A stretch of 64,000 nucleotides of DNA from Octopus sinensis (GCF_006345805.1 NC_042998.1:140740001-140804000), one strand, 5' to 3'. Shown: positions 1 to 13,305, counted from the first letter of the stretch. The notes: generated by a model not told the origin, from the letters alone. Program-made: numbers and translations.

Positions 1-2070
1 TGAGTATCAAAGCAATATTAACCGTTTATTTTTTTACATCATCTTTGTGTTGTATTCTTTGCATCATATATGTGTGTTTGTGTGTGTAACATTGGTGCCA
101 TGAAAAATACTCCTAGTATGCAGTTACAAAGTGGTTGGCAATATTAAAGGTGTATCCGGCCAAAGCACCAATCTATGGGAATAGTGATTCCCTATAATAA
201 ACGAATCAGAGTGTAGAGAGCAGATGTAAATGGAATGATGATGATATATATGCATTACATATATATGAAATATCACTTGCTTAGCTGCCACTCAAGGGCA
301 AGGATGACCTGCTAGGTTGTGCTACACGTTCACTATTTGGTTTAGGTGCCTATTTAGTAGCAAGCGGATGCAAGCACCTTCTAGGCCTGGCTCTTCCAAC
401 TCTTGACCTGAGAGAACATCAAGGATGTGATGATAGCTGAAGGAAGAGAAGGCAGTGTTTTCAGCCGCAGAGACTGATGCAATGTCAAATAAGCCACTTG
501 GTCCAGAAATCATGAATACCGAGTAGTGTGATTGTGGCCCTAAATTCATCAACCACAAGGTCATGAATATTCACATATGCAATAATATATCTGGTACATA
601 TAGATTTATTATAAATTATCTATATACCTTTATTTTTATATATAAAAAATATCTGGTATATATATATTATACGTGATATTCATATACATTTGTTTATCTT
701 TATTATATCTATTTTGTGTATGTATATTAACACACATCAGTTTTATATTATCTATATGGTATAAGTATATTTTTATAAATACATGTGCAAGTAGGTGTGT
801 GTATATAAATATATATATATATATATACACACACACACGTGTATACATATATGCACATTTACATACACTTATACAGAAAATTTACAAATATATTGATGTA
901 ATATACACACAAACCATGCCTATACGCATATACCTAGACAGACACGCTCTCTCCCATTCACACACAAATACTTTCTCTTTCTCTCTCTCACATATAAACA
1001 AATTATTTCCAGCTGCAACCTGAATGCACTTCCTAATATTGGTACTTATTACCTTACAGTCTGCCACTAGCCATATCTTGTAATGAATGAGGTACAAATA
1101 TCAGAATGCTCTGAAACTCTAAAGCCTTATAAAATAGCAACAGAACCAAAACAGTTTTCAAATGTAAAAAAAACTCTAAACGGTCTTTGTTAAACATCAT
1201 CTGACATTTCAACGTATTGTTTTGGGTACAGAGAGATCGCAGATTCTAAGGATGAACCCCCATAAATTCTTGCAGTGCGAATCTTTTTAAGAGTGAGAAC
1301 TTAAGAAATCTTAATGAGGTGGATGTGATGTTCATGCGTTTAACCAAGGATGTTTAGCAGAGAACAAATAAAGCATCTGAATGCTGAAAATGAGATTAAA
1401 TGTAGATTTTACTTTGGACCCCTGCATCTGTGGTTCCCAACCCTTTTTTGCTTTTTTTTTTTTTTTTTAACATACGGACCCCTTCGATTCGTATTTTATT
1501 TATTCTATTGGACCCTCGCTGTTTAAAAAATCCTATTATATTTTTATAATTAAATAACATTAGGAATTATATAAAAAAAATTGTTAAAATACTTTGTATA
1601 TTGAAATATAATCAATTTATTGTAAATAAATTTCAACAACAAAATCTTATATGGACCTCTTTTGAGAGCCATTGTTCTATATTAAAAGTCAGAATTAATT
1701 GATATTCAATCTTTAGTTAGTTCAGATCGAGTTGACCTATGGTCAAAAGCATTCCAGCCATGACCACCCCATATTAAAATTCAGAATAGGAAGGGTTACG
1801 TTATGTAACATGTACTTAGAGGGAGTATTCTTACTACTTTGGATGGTCTAACATGTCAAGAAGGTCTTGTAATCAACCAATAGTAACTGGAGTCTAATGT
1901 AATGGACGAGAGAGTGAGAGAGAGAGAGAGAGAAATTAGAGAGAGAGAGAGAGAGAGATTAGAGAAATATGCAGAAAACAAAATAACGAATGTTGACATC
2001 GCTGTCACATGAAATAACGAAACAAAGCAACATGACCGGAGAAAAAGATTAAAAGGCAACAAGATAATCA

Positions 2071-2343
2071 CAGCATTTACTCGTGTATAAGTCGCACCCC
2101 TAGTGTTAAATCTTGGTACAAATTTTTTTTACCCCGCCATAATTTTAGCTTTACCCTCGTGTAAAAGTCGAACCCCAGTTTAAATCAAGTATACATAGGT
2201 AAATACGGTATGTGTGTGTATGAACAATATATAAGTATATATATAACGGATTCACTTGTAAATAAGTCGCACCCTATTTTCTTTTCTTTCAGTTAAAAAT
2301 CAACAATAAAATACTGCGACCCCTTATATACGAGTAAATACAG
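2071..2343. mobile_element. Degenerate Tc2/pogo-like MITE, possibly composite
   Basis: Left end cagcatttactcgtgtataagtcgca; right end is the reverse complement of ctgtatttactcgtatataaggggtcgca; an additional internal right end gtaaatacggTA near 2200-2210. Confidence 0.65.
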
Positions 2344-2899
2344 AAATTAGTCTCGAAAGCGGAGAACTAGGGGAGAAATAGACAAAGACAAAAAAAACTT
2401 GAAAAAAGAAATAATGAAAAGAATTTGAAAAAGACAACAACAAACTTTGGATTTTAACAAACAATTACATCACAGTTTTTTCTTTTCTTATGGACACACA
2501 GACACAGACACACACACATACCAAACAACATCAATAACAACAATGAGAATAAACAAATGGAAAATAAGCGTGAAATAAACCTACACTAGGAACTGTGATA
2601 GCCAGTCGGCAGCTGAGAGAGATTGGCAATAAAGATTAATCGTTTGAAGAAGTACCATTTAGTTAGGGAAAAAACCCCAGCAAATTTGCATGTGTGCAAC
2701 AGCCAAGGAAATATATGGTGATGATGATGGTGGTGATGGCGGTTATATGGTAGTGAGTAAGAGAACTTATTCCTTTATAAGAAACAAAAACAACACTTGT
2801 ATTTATACACATGAGGATTTAAAAAAACCAAACACAAGGAGCTACATGTGTGTGTGTGAGTGTGAGTGTAATAAATATAGATTTGATATGTTAAGGTAA

Positions 2900-3940
2900 A
2901 AGGTTCTCGCTTTGGTTCCGAAGAGTTAGCGCGGCCGGCGGCAGGTAAAATCCACCTTCTGGAGATAGTATTAAACAGTCAAGTCTTGTTTTGTTTTGTT
3001 TTTAGCTGTTCCAAAACTTGGCAGCACACAATGATTATAAGTAATAAATAATATACAATAAATAACAACAGCGGCAGAGTGGAGCTGTTTGCGGCCAGGA
3101 ACAAACGACAGCCGACGACTAAATGACACACACACGAAAAAACAGCAGCAACGTAGAGCAAGCAGAAGCAGAGAGCAAGCACACACTCGCTCCTTGCTGT
3201 TTAGTAATATAATATAATAATATAATGATATAAAAAGAGGAGAGAGAGGAAAGAGAGAGAGAGAGGACACTGCAAAATGAAACAATGTTTTCGATGTCCC
3301 CAAATTATTTAGATCAAAAGAAGCGAAAGAGAGAGAGAGAGAGAGAGAGAAAGAAAACATAGAAAGGAGGTGGTAGGAGGGAGAGCGAAAGATGTGGTGG
3401 GAGGAAGATTTTTCAACTGCACACCAAAAGTTCTCAAGCTGCTGCTACTACAACTATAATAACTATTACCACCGCCACCACCACCACCACTGGATCCTCT
3501 CACTGCAAAAATACTGTATTAACGGTTGTGGCGGCGATGGTGGTGGCGTGGTGGCAGCTGTAGTAGTTGTAGTGGCAGGAGCAGCAGTAGTAGTAGTAAG
3601 AGAGAGAGAGAGAGAGAAAGAGAGAGGCAGTGTCAAGCAGAAGGCTGGTCAGAGAACACAAGGAAGATGCCAAGAAGCTGTTTGCTTTGATGTTGCCGAC
3701 AAAACGAAATCATAGCTATCAGTTGTGATGCTTAGCTCCTCCCTATCATCGATTGATGCAAAGGCACACGCGTCCGCTCTCTCTCGCGCGCACACACACA
3801 CACATACATACATACAAACCAAAGCAGGCAAGAGCACCACCGTAACAAACACACGTACACACGGCAGTTTATCTGTAAACACAATAATGACAGTACAACT
3901 GTACACACACTGTAGGATAGTTGTCACCGACACACAAGGA

Positions 3941-3985
<45 letters not shown>

Positions 3986-4510
3986 ATATGTATGTATGTG
4001 TGTGTGTGTGTAAAGGGGGAGGGGAAGTAAAAGTGTTAAAAGATTACGGGGAAAAATATATATACAAAACGGTAGGCAGTGAAGGGCGGAAGAGAAGAGA
4101 GAAATGAGGGGTTAGAGTACAACAATAAATAGGTAACCATTGTCACTAGTGGTAGAGATATGCCACATGCTCGCGCGAAAGGAGGGGGGGGTTTAAGCAA
4201 ATAAACTAAAACTGTGTGTGTGTGTGTGCGCGCGTGATAGATAGATAGATAATCTTGATCTCGGCCTTTGAAGTGGTTGTTAATACTAATACAGATCTTG
4301 TTATGAAGCTGAAACAAAAATTGTGGCACAAGTGAGATACTTAGTTGATGAGATCGATCCCTCCACCCACCCATCCACCCAGTATTTGACTGGTACTTAA
4401 TTTTATTGATCCCGAAGCAGGATTCGAACTTAGAACGTAAAGCACTGGAAAAATTACCGCTAAGCATTTTGTCCGATGCACCTAACGATTTTGACTGCTC
4501 GCGGCCTTTA
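2900..4510. promoter_or_regulatory. CpG-island-like intragenic region (candidate promoter/enhancer)
   Basis: About 50 or more CpGs by hand count (e.g. gcgcggccggcggc, ctcgcgcgc) in an otherwise CpG-poor intron, with (GA)n, (CAC)n and (GTA)n runs. Confidence 0.5.
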
Positions 4511-5189
4511 TAGTCACTGGGTTTTTGTTATAAGCACTAGGTTCCAAATCTATATGAACAGGAGGGAGGGAAGATTTGACGCCGTGACGTTCATGCGTTT
4601 CTCCAAACTATTACATAATTGTCATTGATCTCCTTTCCCCATTATAGGGACCCTACATGCCATTTCATGAGATAGCAGCAAGGGAGGAAATGGAAGTATT
4701 TTGTGATGCTCATGCGTTTCCCAAAGTAGGTTTAAGGACTCCAAAAATGGTTTGTACTACAAATACGTAAACTTAATAGAGGAATACTAAACCACACAAG
4801 CGTGTGCTGCTGGCAGGGCAAACAATAGCAACCAAATCTTCCTCATAAATCTTGACCTAATGAAGAGCAACACTGAACACTATAATCTCTTTTATCATGG
4901 CTGGGTAAGGCCTTTAATTACAGGTCAGTTCAAATAAGATTGAACAACATTAACTTTATGCAGTTTTTTGGAGGAAGTTTGGAAAGAGCTGTTCTGCAAA
5001 GTCCCACACCTCATGGGAAATGAAAGGCAGACCTCCCCATTCCATCCAATCTTGTTTTTGTAACTGTGCTATATATATATACAATAGAAATTATAATTCG
5101 GAAAATAAATATCACCACTCCCCACCAACTTCTGTACTTATTTTTTTCTCTCCTTAAGGTATGGGACTTTGAAGGACAGCTGTTTTAGA

Positions 5190-5600
5190 ACTGTCAGTAG
5201 CTTTATGGTAAGAAGTGTGCTTTCCCAACCACATGGTTTTGGGTTCGGTCCCACTGTACGGCACCTTGGGCAAGTGTCTTCTACTATCAAAGCTACTTTT
5301 AGAAGGAAGACAGCTGTCTAAATTAACCCTTGTATATTGCAGGTACCTATCAATCCTGAGTTGATCAAAGTCTTGTGAGTGAATTTGGTAGATGGAAACT
5401 GAACGAAGCCCATAGTACGAGTGTGTGTGTCTGTCCACCATCAATGCTTGACGTGCTTGTTTATGTCCCCTTAACTTAGTGGCTTGGCAAAAGACACCGA
5501 TAGAATAAGTACTAAGGTTAAATTGTTTGACCAAACTCTTCAAGGCCATGTCATAGCATGACCGGAACCCAATGACTGAAACAAAAGATAAAAGATAAAT
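5190..5600 (+). mobile_element. Composite SINE family C (most abundant; more than 20 full or partial copies, e.g. 12205-12590, 20400-20545, 25925-26225, 27040-27345, 33050-33395, 42150-42505, 56975-57355)
   Basis: gtaagaag..gcttcccaaccacatggtt..gggttcagtcccactg..ggcaccttgggcaagtgtcttctactatag..gtgagtggatttggtagacggaaactgaaagaagccc, plus a 3' module ..ccagcatggcc.cagtc.aatgactgaaac. Confidence 0.8.
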
Positions 5601-7090
5601 GATGTGCCGATGGAAAATGTTGATTTATATGGCATTTCTTTATTGCTTGAGTCATAAGGAAGATTTTTAAAATAACAACAACTGACTAGATAATTAGGCT
5701 ACTTTCAGAAGGAAGACAGCAGTCTGAATTAACCCTTGTGTATTGCAAGTACCTATCAATCCTGAATAACTGAACTAATTTAATTTGAAACAGAAATCCC
5801 AAAGCACACACAAAAAAAGTTTGTACTCAACAAAACGTTTCCGTTCTTGTAATAAAAGAGCAAAAAGAAGTTCAGATCACACTTGTGTGGATATATTACA
5901 TGTATTGCACCCCCACCTCTCAAAGGATCTTTGTCTTGCAAGTTATTTGGTGACCCTGCCAATGCTGATGCCACATAAAAAGCATCCAGTCCACACTGTG
6001 AAGTGGCTGGCATCTGGAAGGTATCCAGCTGTAAAAACCATGCCAAAGCTGACCTCACCTGTACTGGTTCCATGTAAAAAACAGTCTTCTCTGTAAGGTG
6101 GTTGGTATTAGGAAGGGCTTCCAACCATAAAATCCAAGCCAAAATACGAAGTCTGGTGCAGTATTTTGTGTGGCTAGCCCCTGTCAAACTGTCCAGCCCA
6201 CGCCAGAATGGACAGCGGACATTAAACGACGATGATTGACATATAGTCTCGACATCGATATGAACAATGTGTGTGTGTGTGCGCTTGTATCTGTGATTGT
6301 TCACCAGTACCGCTTGAGAACCGATGTTGGTTTGGTAACGTCTATAATTTAGCTGTGCAGCAAAAGTGACCAGATAGATAAGTAACACACACACACACAA
6401 AAAAAAAAAAAGAGCCATGATTTGTTTGACTAAAACCTTCAAGGAGGTACCCCAGCATGGTTACAGCCCAATAACTGAAACCAACATTAAAAGATATTTT
6501 GGGAGGATATCATGTGAAAAGGATCCAACTGGGAATTGAACCTGCAGTGCAGTTTAAGCTTGCTAAGAACAATCCTTTTGCTCCCCATACATCATCCCTC
6601 TGCCTGCAGGAAACAGCAGTCAAATCTATCAAACAACACCAAAATCCTCTGAAGGAAAGACGGCAACATTTGGATCCTATGTAGTTCCGGATTCACTATG
6701 TTTGGCCACAATTGGAATGTCCTTAGATTAGGACGGCCTGTGGTTAAACATTAACAGCAACAACATAACCTTAACATTAAAGGCATCAGAAAGACCAGCA
6801 AAGTGATAGCTTGAGAGCCATTATCAAGTTATAGCCACCTCCTCTCTGATCCCCTTCCTCCACCTACCAATAACACCACAGCAACAGCATCTACAGAGGG
6901 ATTGCATATCTCTATGGAAGAGATTTAGTGGAGGGAGAGAGAGGTCTTTGATAAAGAGTTTAGGGGGAGAGGGTGCATGTGTATACGTGGGGGGGGGAAG
7001 GGAGAGCATGCGTGTGCATGTATAAAGTGTGCATATGAAGAGAGTATGCAGAAAGTGTGGAAAAAGTGTCTATGTATGCATGTATGTGGT

Positions 7091-8345
7091 GAGGGAGGGG
7101 GAAAAAGAGAGAGAGAGAGTAGGGGAATGTAGGAGAGATAGAGTGTGTGCAGGTGTGACAAGAGAGTGCGTGGAGAGTGTGCATGGAGAGAGAGCATGCA
7201 TGTGGGGGGAGCGTGTATGGAGAGAGAGTGTGTGTGTGTGGAGAGTATGCGTGCGTGTGTGGAGAGAGAGAGTGTGTGTGTGGAGAGAGAGTGTGTGTGG
7301 AGAGAGAGAGAGAGAGAGAGTGCGTGTGGAGAGAGAGTGTGCATGTGTGGAGAGAGAGTGTGTGCGTGTGTGGAGAGAGAGAGAGAGAGTGTGTGTGGAT
7401 AGAGAGAGAGTGTGTGTGGGAGAGAGAGATGTGTGTGGGGAGAGAGAGAGTGGTGTGTGGGGAGAGAGAGAGAGTGTGTGGGGGGAGAGAGAGAGTGTGT
7501 GTGGGAGAGAGAGAGTGTGTGTGGGGAGAGAGAGAGAGTGTGTGTGGGAGAGAGAGAGAGAGTGTGTGGGGAGAGAGAGAGAGTGTGTGTGGGGAGAGAG
7601 AGAGTGTGTGTGGGGAGAGAGAGAGAGTGTGTGGGGAGAGAGAGTGTGTGTGTGTGGAGGAGAGAGTGTGTGTGTGGGGGAAAGAGAGTGTTGGGGGGAA
7701 AGAGAGAGTGTGTGTGTGTGGGGGGAGAGAGAGAGTGTGTGTGGGGAGAGAGAGAGTGTGTGTGTGGGGGGGGAGAGAGTGTGTGTGTGTGGGGGGAGAG
7801 AGTGTGTGGGTGGGGGGAGAGAGAGAGTGTGTGTGGAGAGAGAGAGTGTGTGTGGAGAGAGAGAGTGTGTGTGTGTGTGTGTGGAGAGAGAGAGAGTGTG
7901 TGTGTTTGTGGAGAGAGAGAGAGTGTGTGTGGGGAGAGAGAGAGAGAGTGTGTGTGGAGAGGAGAGAGAGTGTGTGTGTGTGTGTGGAGAGAGAGAGAGT
8001 GTGTGTGTGTGGAGAGAGAGAGAGAGTGTGTGTGTGTGTGGAAAGAGAGAGAGTGTGTGTGTGTGGAGAGAAGGAGAGTGCGTGTGGAGAGTGTTTGTGT
8101 GGAGAGAGAGAGTGCGTGTGTGGAGTGTGTGTGTATGTGTGGAGAGAGAGTGTGTGTATGCGTGCGCGCAGAGAGAGGGTGTGTGCAGAGAGAGAAGGTG
8201 TGTGTGTGGAGAGAGGGTGTGAATGTGTATGGAGAGAGATCAACAGAGAGAGAGGGTGCATATATTGAGAGAGTGTGTGTTTGTTGAGAGAGAGAGAATC
8301 TCTGTGCATGAGGAGTGCGTGTGTGTAGAATATGCGTGTGTGCAT
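7091..8345. repeat. Compound (GA)n(GT)n(G)n satellite, about 1.25 kb
   Basis: Units of the form GAGAGAGAGTGTGTGTGG(GG); source of the 291-541 aa low-complexity ORFs. Confidence 0.97.
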
Positions 8346-8852
8346 AGAGGATGTCCTGTGTGAAGAGTACATATGTGTGTGCACGCACGCACACACGCAC
8401 ACCTATATATTTATACCAAAAACCAGGTACAGCAAGTGTCTGTGTGTTCGACATGAATGCATAGCTGTAAACTGCATCCAAACTGCTCATACTTGTGCAT
8501 GCCTGAACAACACAGCAATTAATATAAGTAGCACACACACACACACACACTGCACATGCTTTGCAATAATAATAATAATTACACCCATCGCTACATGCTG
8601 TAACTCACCCTCCCTCCATCCACTTGCCTACAACTCTATCCCACCAAACTCCATATGTTTTCTTCTTCCACAACCATGAAATTGCAGTGATTCAAATATA
8701 ATGAAATATTTTTACTATCTCTAAGTCTAGAAAGACTGGGTGGCGGGGAGAGGGAGAGAGAGGAAGAAAACAAATTAAGACAACAAATTGTTGATTAGCC
8801 CCAAATTAGCCTTCATTGAGTAGCTCCTATAATTAAAGGCATTTCAGCTGTT

Positions 8853-10090
8853 AGCGAGCTGGCAGAAACGTTAGCATGCCGTATTTCGTCTGCCATTACG
8901 TTCTGAGTTCAAATTCCGCTGAGGTCAACTTTCCCTTTCATCCTTTCGGGGTCGATAAATTAAGTACCAGTTACGCACTGGGGTCGATATAATCGACTTA
9001 ATCCATTTGTCAGTCCTTGTTTGTCCCCTCTGTGTTTAGCCCCTTGTGGGTAGTAAAGAAACAAATTATTATTATTATTATGTATTTATTAAAGGTGGTG
9101 AGCTGGCAGAATCGCTAGCAATGCTGAGTGAAATGCTTAGCAGCATTTCATCTGTCTTTGTGTTCTGAGTTCAAATCCCACCAAGGTTGACTTTGCCTTT
9201 CATATTTTCAGGATTGATAAATTAAGTACCAGCGAAACACTAGAGTTTATGTAATTGACTAGTCCTCTCTCCCAACATTTCAGGCCTTGTGCCTATAGTA
9301 GAAAGGATTATTATTATTATTAGTAGTAGTAGTAGTATATCACCATCACCGTGACCGACCAGGCTATCAGATGTTATTACACATAGCTGGTCACAATGCG
9401 CTTCGTGAGCAGGTCAACAGAAGAAAGAGTGAGAGAAAGTTGTGGCAAAAGAATACAGCAGGGTTTGCCACCGCCCCCTGCCAGAGCCTCGTGGAGCTTT
9501 AGGTGTTTTCGCTCAATAAACACTCAACGCCCAGTCTGGGAATCGAAACCGCGATCCTCCGACTGCGAGTCCGCTGCCCTAACCACTGAGCCATTACGCC
9601 TCCACAGTAGTAGTATATAGTTATGGAAAACAGACGTTAAACGAAAATGATGATGATTATTTAAGGTGGCGAGCTGGCAGTCATTAGCACAATGTGGTGT
9701 TTCGTCCATTTTTACAATCTGAGTTTGACTTTGCTTGTCATCCTTTCAGGGTTGATAAAATAAGTACCAGTTGGGGCACTGGGGTGAATGTAATCAACTT
9801 ACTCACCTTGCATGAAATTGCTGGCTTTGTGCCAAAATTTGAAGTTATTAATAAATTATTATTTAAAGGAGCAAGTTCACTGAATCGTTACTGCACTGGA
9901 CAAAAAGCTTAGCAGTATTTCTTCTGGCTTTACACTACGAATTCATATGCTACCACGGTTGACTTCACCTTTCATCCTCTTAGGGTTGATGAGATAAATA
10001 CCAGTTGAGAACTGGGGTCAATGTAATTGATGAACCCTTGCCCCACAAATTTCAGGCCTTGTGCCTATAGTAAAGGATTATCTATTTTAG
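8853..10090 (+). mobile_element. Tandem array of 4 tRNA-derived SINEs (family A), with a different SINE inserted at 9344-9604
   Basis: Head ggtggcgagctggcagaa (A box) and gagttcaaattcc (B box); body gactttgcctttcatcctttcggggtcgataaattaagtaccag; (ATT)n spacers. A further copy at 10536-10725. Confidence 0.85.
9344..9604 (-). mobile_element. Young tRNA-head SINE (family E); related copies at 39342-39616 (-) and 24332-24625 (+)
   Basis: Reverse complement begins gtggaggcgtaatggctcagtggttagggcagcggactcgcagtcggaggatcgcggtttcgattccc (A and B boxes); CpGs are intact. Confidence 0.8.
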
Positions 10091-12969
10091 CTGGCTTTAG
10101 TCATTGGACTACAGCCATGCTGGGACACCACACCTTAATGGGTTTAGTTGAAAAAACAGCCCCCTGTACTTATTCTAGTGGTCACTTTTGCTGAATCACT
10201 ACGTTACAGGGGACATAAATAAACCAACACAAACACATATACAATGAGCTTTTACATAGTTTCTGTACTAAATTCACTTACAAGGCACTGGTTGGCATGG
10301 TGGGGTCTATAGTAGAAAACACTTACTCAAGGTGTTAAGCAATCTTAACCACACAGCCATGCCTAAATAGTGCACAGTGGACTCAGTTACCATCCACTGT
10401 TATTTCTTTTAAACTGGTAGTGTGTGAGGAGGGTGATTTGGCTGCTACATCTAGCAAATCAGTTGTCTATAGGACAACAAAATCAAAAAGATATATTGTA
10501 TTTCATGGCAATATAAGACATACACACACGCAAGAGGCAGTGAGCTAGTAGAATTGTTAGCATGTCAGGCGAAATGCTTAGTGGCATTTTGTCCATCCTT
10601 ACATTCTGAGTTCAAATTCTGTCGAGGTTGACTTTGCCTTTCACCCTTTCAGGGCCAATAAATCACGTACCAGTTGAGCATTGGTGGTGGATAAAATCAA
10701 TTTACATAAAAGTCTGAAACCAATATAAGACATACACACACACACACACAACAAAAGCACCCGCTGCCACCACAAAGAAAAAAAAAGCCCATTCTGGTGT
10801 CCTATATGTAAAGTCGGGCCTATATTATATGCTTTAATACGCTAAAAACTTTTTGCTTGTATGGGTTAGCTGTAATTTGGTTGAGGCAAATTTTCTATGG
10901 CTGGATGCTCTTCATGTGTCCAAGCAAGATAATATTTTCCTCCATGGCCTGACATGTTTTCAAAGAATATGTAAACAAAGTGATGCTGACACACATCATG
11001 CAAGGACAAGGCAAGGCTGCTATTTCTAGCAAGTCAGGCATCTGATCCTTGGGCAAAGACACTAAATAAGAGACATACCCTACACTCACGGAGTGGTTGG
11101 CGTTAGGAAGGGCATCCAGCTGTAGAAACACTGCCAGATCAGACTGGAGCCTGGTGCAGCCTCCTGGCTTTCCAGACCCAGGTCGAACCGTCCAACCCAT
11201 GCTAGCATGGAAAACGGACGTTAAACGATGATATATATATATATAAAAATATACCTATGTATTTGTATGTCTGTTTGTCCCCCCACCATCACTTGACAAC
11301 TGATATTGATGTGTTTATGTTCCTGTAACTTAACGGTTTGGCAAAACAGATCGGTAGAATAAGTACTAGGCTTACAAAGAATAAGTGCTGGGATAGATTT
11401 GTTTGACTAAAGGTGGTACTCCAGCATGGCTGTAGTCAAATGACTGAAAACAAATAAAAGAATATGTATATATCCAGATGTGTGTGTGCGTGTGTGTTTG
11501 TCCCCCACCACTGCTTGACAACCAGTGCCGGTGTGTTTACATCCCCATAACTCAACAGTTAGACAAAAGTGACAGATAGAATAAGTACCAGGTTTGGAGA
11601 GAGAAAAGAAGTACCTATTGGGGTCGATTCATTTGACTAAAAATCCCTCAAGGTCGTGCCCCAGCATGGCCGCAGCCTAATGACTAAAACAAGTAAAAGA
11701 TAATATATGCATACAGCTGGATTTCTTTCAGTTCCTATCTACCAAATTCACTCACAAGACTCTGGCCAGCAACTGGGGACGAAACCCACAGAAAAAACAA
11801 AAACAACCACATGGTTGAAAAACAAAAACTTCCTTCTTCACCACATGGGCCCCATCTGCATTTCAACAATGAATAATAAATCACCAAACTTGTCAATACA
11901 CATCATCACATAGGTTTCATGTGCGTTGCCCACCTCCTACCCACACCCCACACTGCCAATACAAATCACGATTTCACCCTATCCAAGTGAAATGGATCTT
12001 GCACTAGAACCTTGTGTAAGCTTTACATCATTTCCATTACCTAATTCATTAGCTTCTCTGCTGCAAATCATGGCCTCTGTCCAGTACAATTCTGTTGCAC
12101 TTTGTAGCCTCTATTAAATATGCTGCTATATAATAAGATAGGCAGACTAAATGACCTCGTAGTATTTAGTTTCGTCCATCCTTTTGTGTGTGTGTGCATA
12201 TTTTATTCTTTGACTAGTTTCAGTCATTTGACTGTGGCTATGCTGGAGCACCACCTTAAAAGATTTTAGTCAAACAAATCAACTCCATGATTTACTCTTC
12301 GTAAGCCCAGTACTTATTCCCACGTACTCTTTTGGCAAACTGCTAAGTTATGGGGACATAAACACATCAACATCAGTTGTCAAACAATTGTGGGGGAATG
12401 AACGCAGACACACACACACACACGACAGGCTTCTTTCAGTTTTCATCTACCAAATCCACTCACAAGGCTTTGGATGGCCCGAGGCTATTGTAGAGGTCAC
12501 TTGCCCAAGGTGCTACGCAGTGGGACTGAACCGGGAAGCATGTGGTTAGGAAGAAAGCTTCTTACCACACAGCTATGCCTGCACCTATATATGTTTACAT
12601 TTTTATCTTGTACTTGTTTTATGTCGTTGAACTGACTGTAGCCAAGGCAGGGTCACTGCCCTGAAGTATTTAGTCAAACAAATTAAAACCTGTGCAAATT
12701 TCTTTTATGTCCAATACTTCTACTGCTAAGTTGCAGACATAAACATGTTGGGTTTCTAAACAAGTTTCTACCTACCACATCTACTCACAAGGCAGGAGTT
12801 GTAGCAGTACTGCAGGTTCAGTCTAATGTGCAGCATTCAAGGTGCAATGGGCATGAACTGGAAACAGCATAGTTGCAAAACTAGTTTCTTAACCACACAA
12901 ACATGCCTGGTCAATTTTCCACAAAGACTGACCTTGCTCTCATTTTCTAGGGTCGTTGATCTTTTAGTG

Positions 12970-13305
12970 AAGGCACATGGCTCAGTGGTTAGAGCATAGG
13001 ATTCATAATCATGAGGTAGTGAGTTCAATTCCTGGACCAGATTGTTTGTTGTGTTCTTAAGCAAGACACTTTATTTTATATTGCTCCAGTTCACTCTGCT
13101 GTAGAAATGAGTTGCAATGTCACTGGTGCCAAGCTGTATCAGCCTTTACCTTTGCCTTGGATAATGGCAGTGGCTTGGAGAGGGGAGGTTGGTATGCACG
13201 GGCAACTACTGGTCTTCCATAAACAATCTTGCCCCAACTTGTGCCTGGAAGGGAATGTTCTAGGTGCAATCCCACGGTCACTCATGACCAAGGTGGGGGT
13301 CTCTA
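12970..13305 (+). mobile_element. tRNA-head SINE family B2; other copies at 27690-27965 (-), 40700-41025 (-) and 51987-52310 (+)
   Basis: Head ggcacatggctcagtggttagag, central block ttgagcaagacactttatttca, tail ggtgccaagctgtatc...gagaggggagg...ggtcatgacc. Confidence 0.85.

Noticed and set aside
322-564. 80-aa minus-strand ORF with an in-phase acceptor (ttccttcAG) as a possible next Axin exon
   Set aside because: The peptide (YHHILDVLSGQELEEPG...) does not resemble the GSK3- or beta-catenin-binding regions and there is no convincing donor before the stop.
1427-1660. hAT-like terminus (ctgtggttcccaacc) with repeated ggaccc motifs
   Set aside because: No matching right TIR or 8-bp TSD was found, so it was not listed as an element.
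6925-8550. Long ORFs of 291-541 aa on both strands
   Set aside because: They are translations of a GA/GT satellite that cannot encode stops; there is no domain, codon structure or splice context.
9530-9604. tRNA-like sequences with A and B boxes (also at 24332, 39545, 51987 and 12970)
   Set aside because: They are SINE heads continuing into repeat bodies and lack a proper acceptor stem, so they are not tRNA genes.
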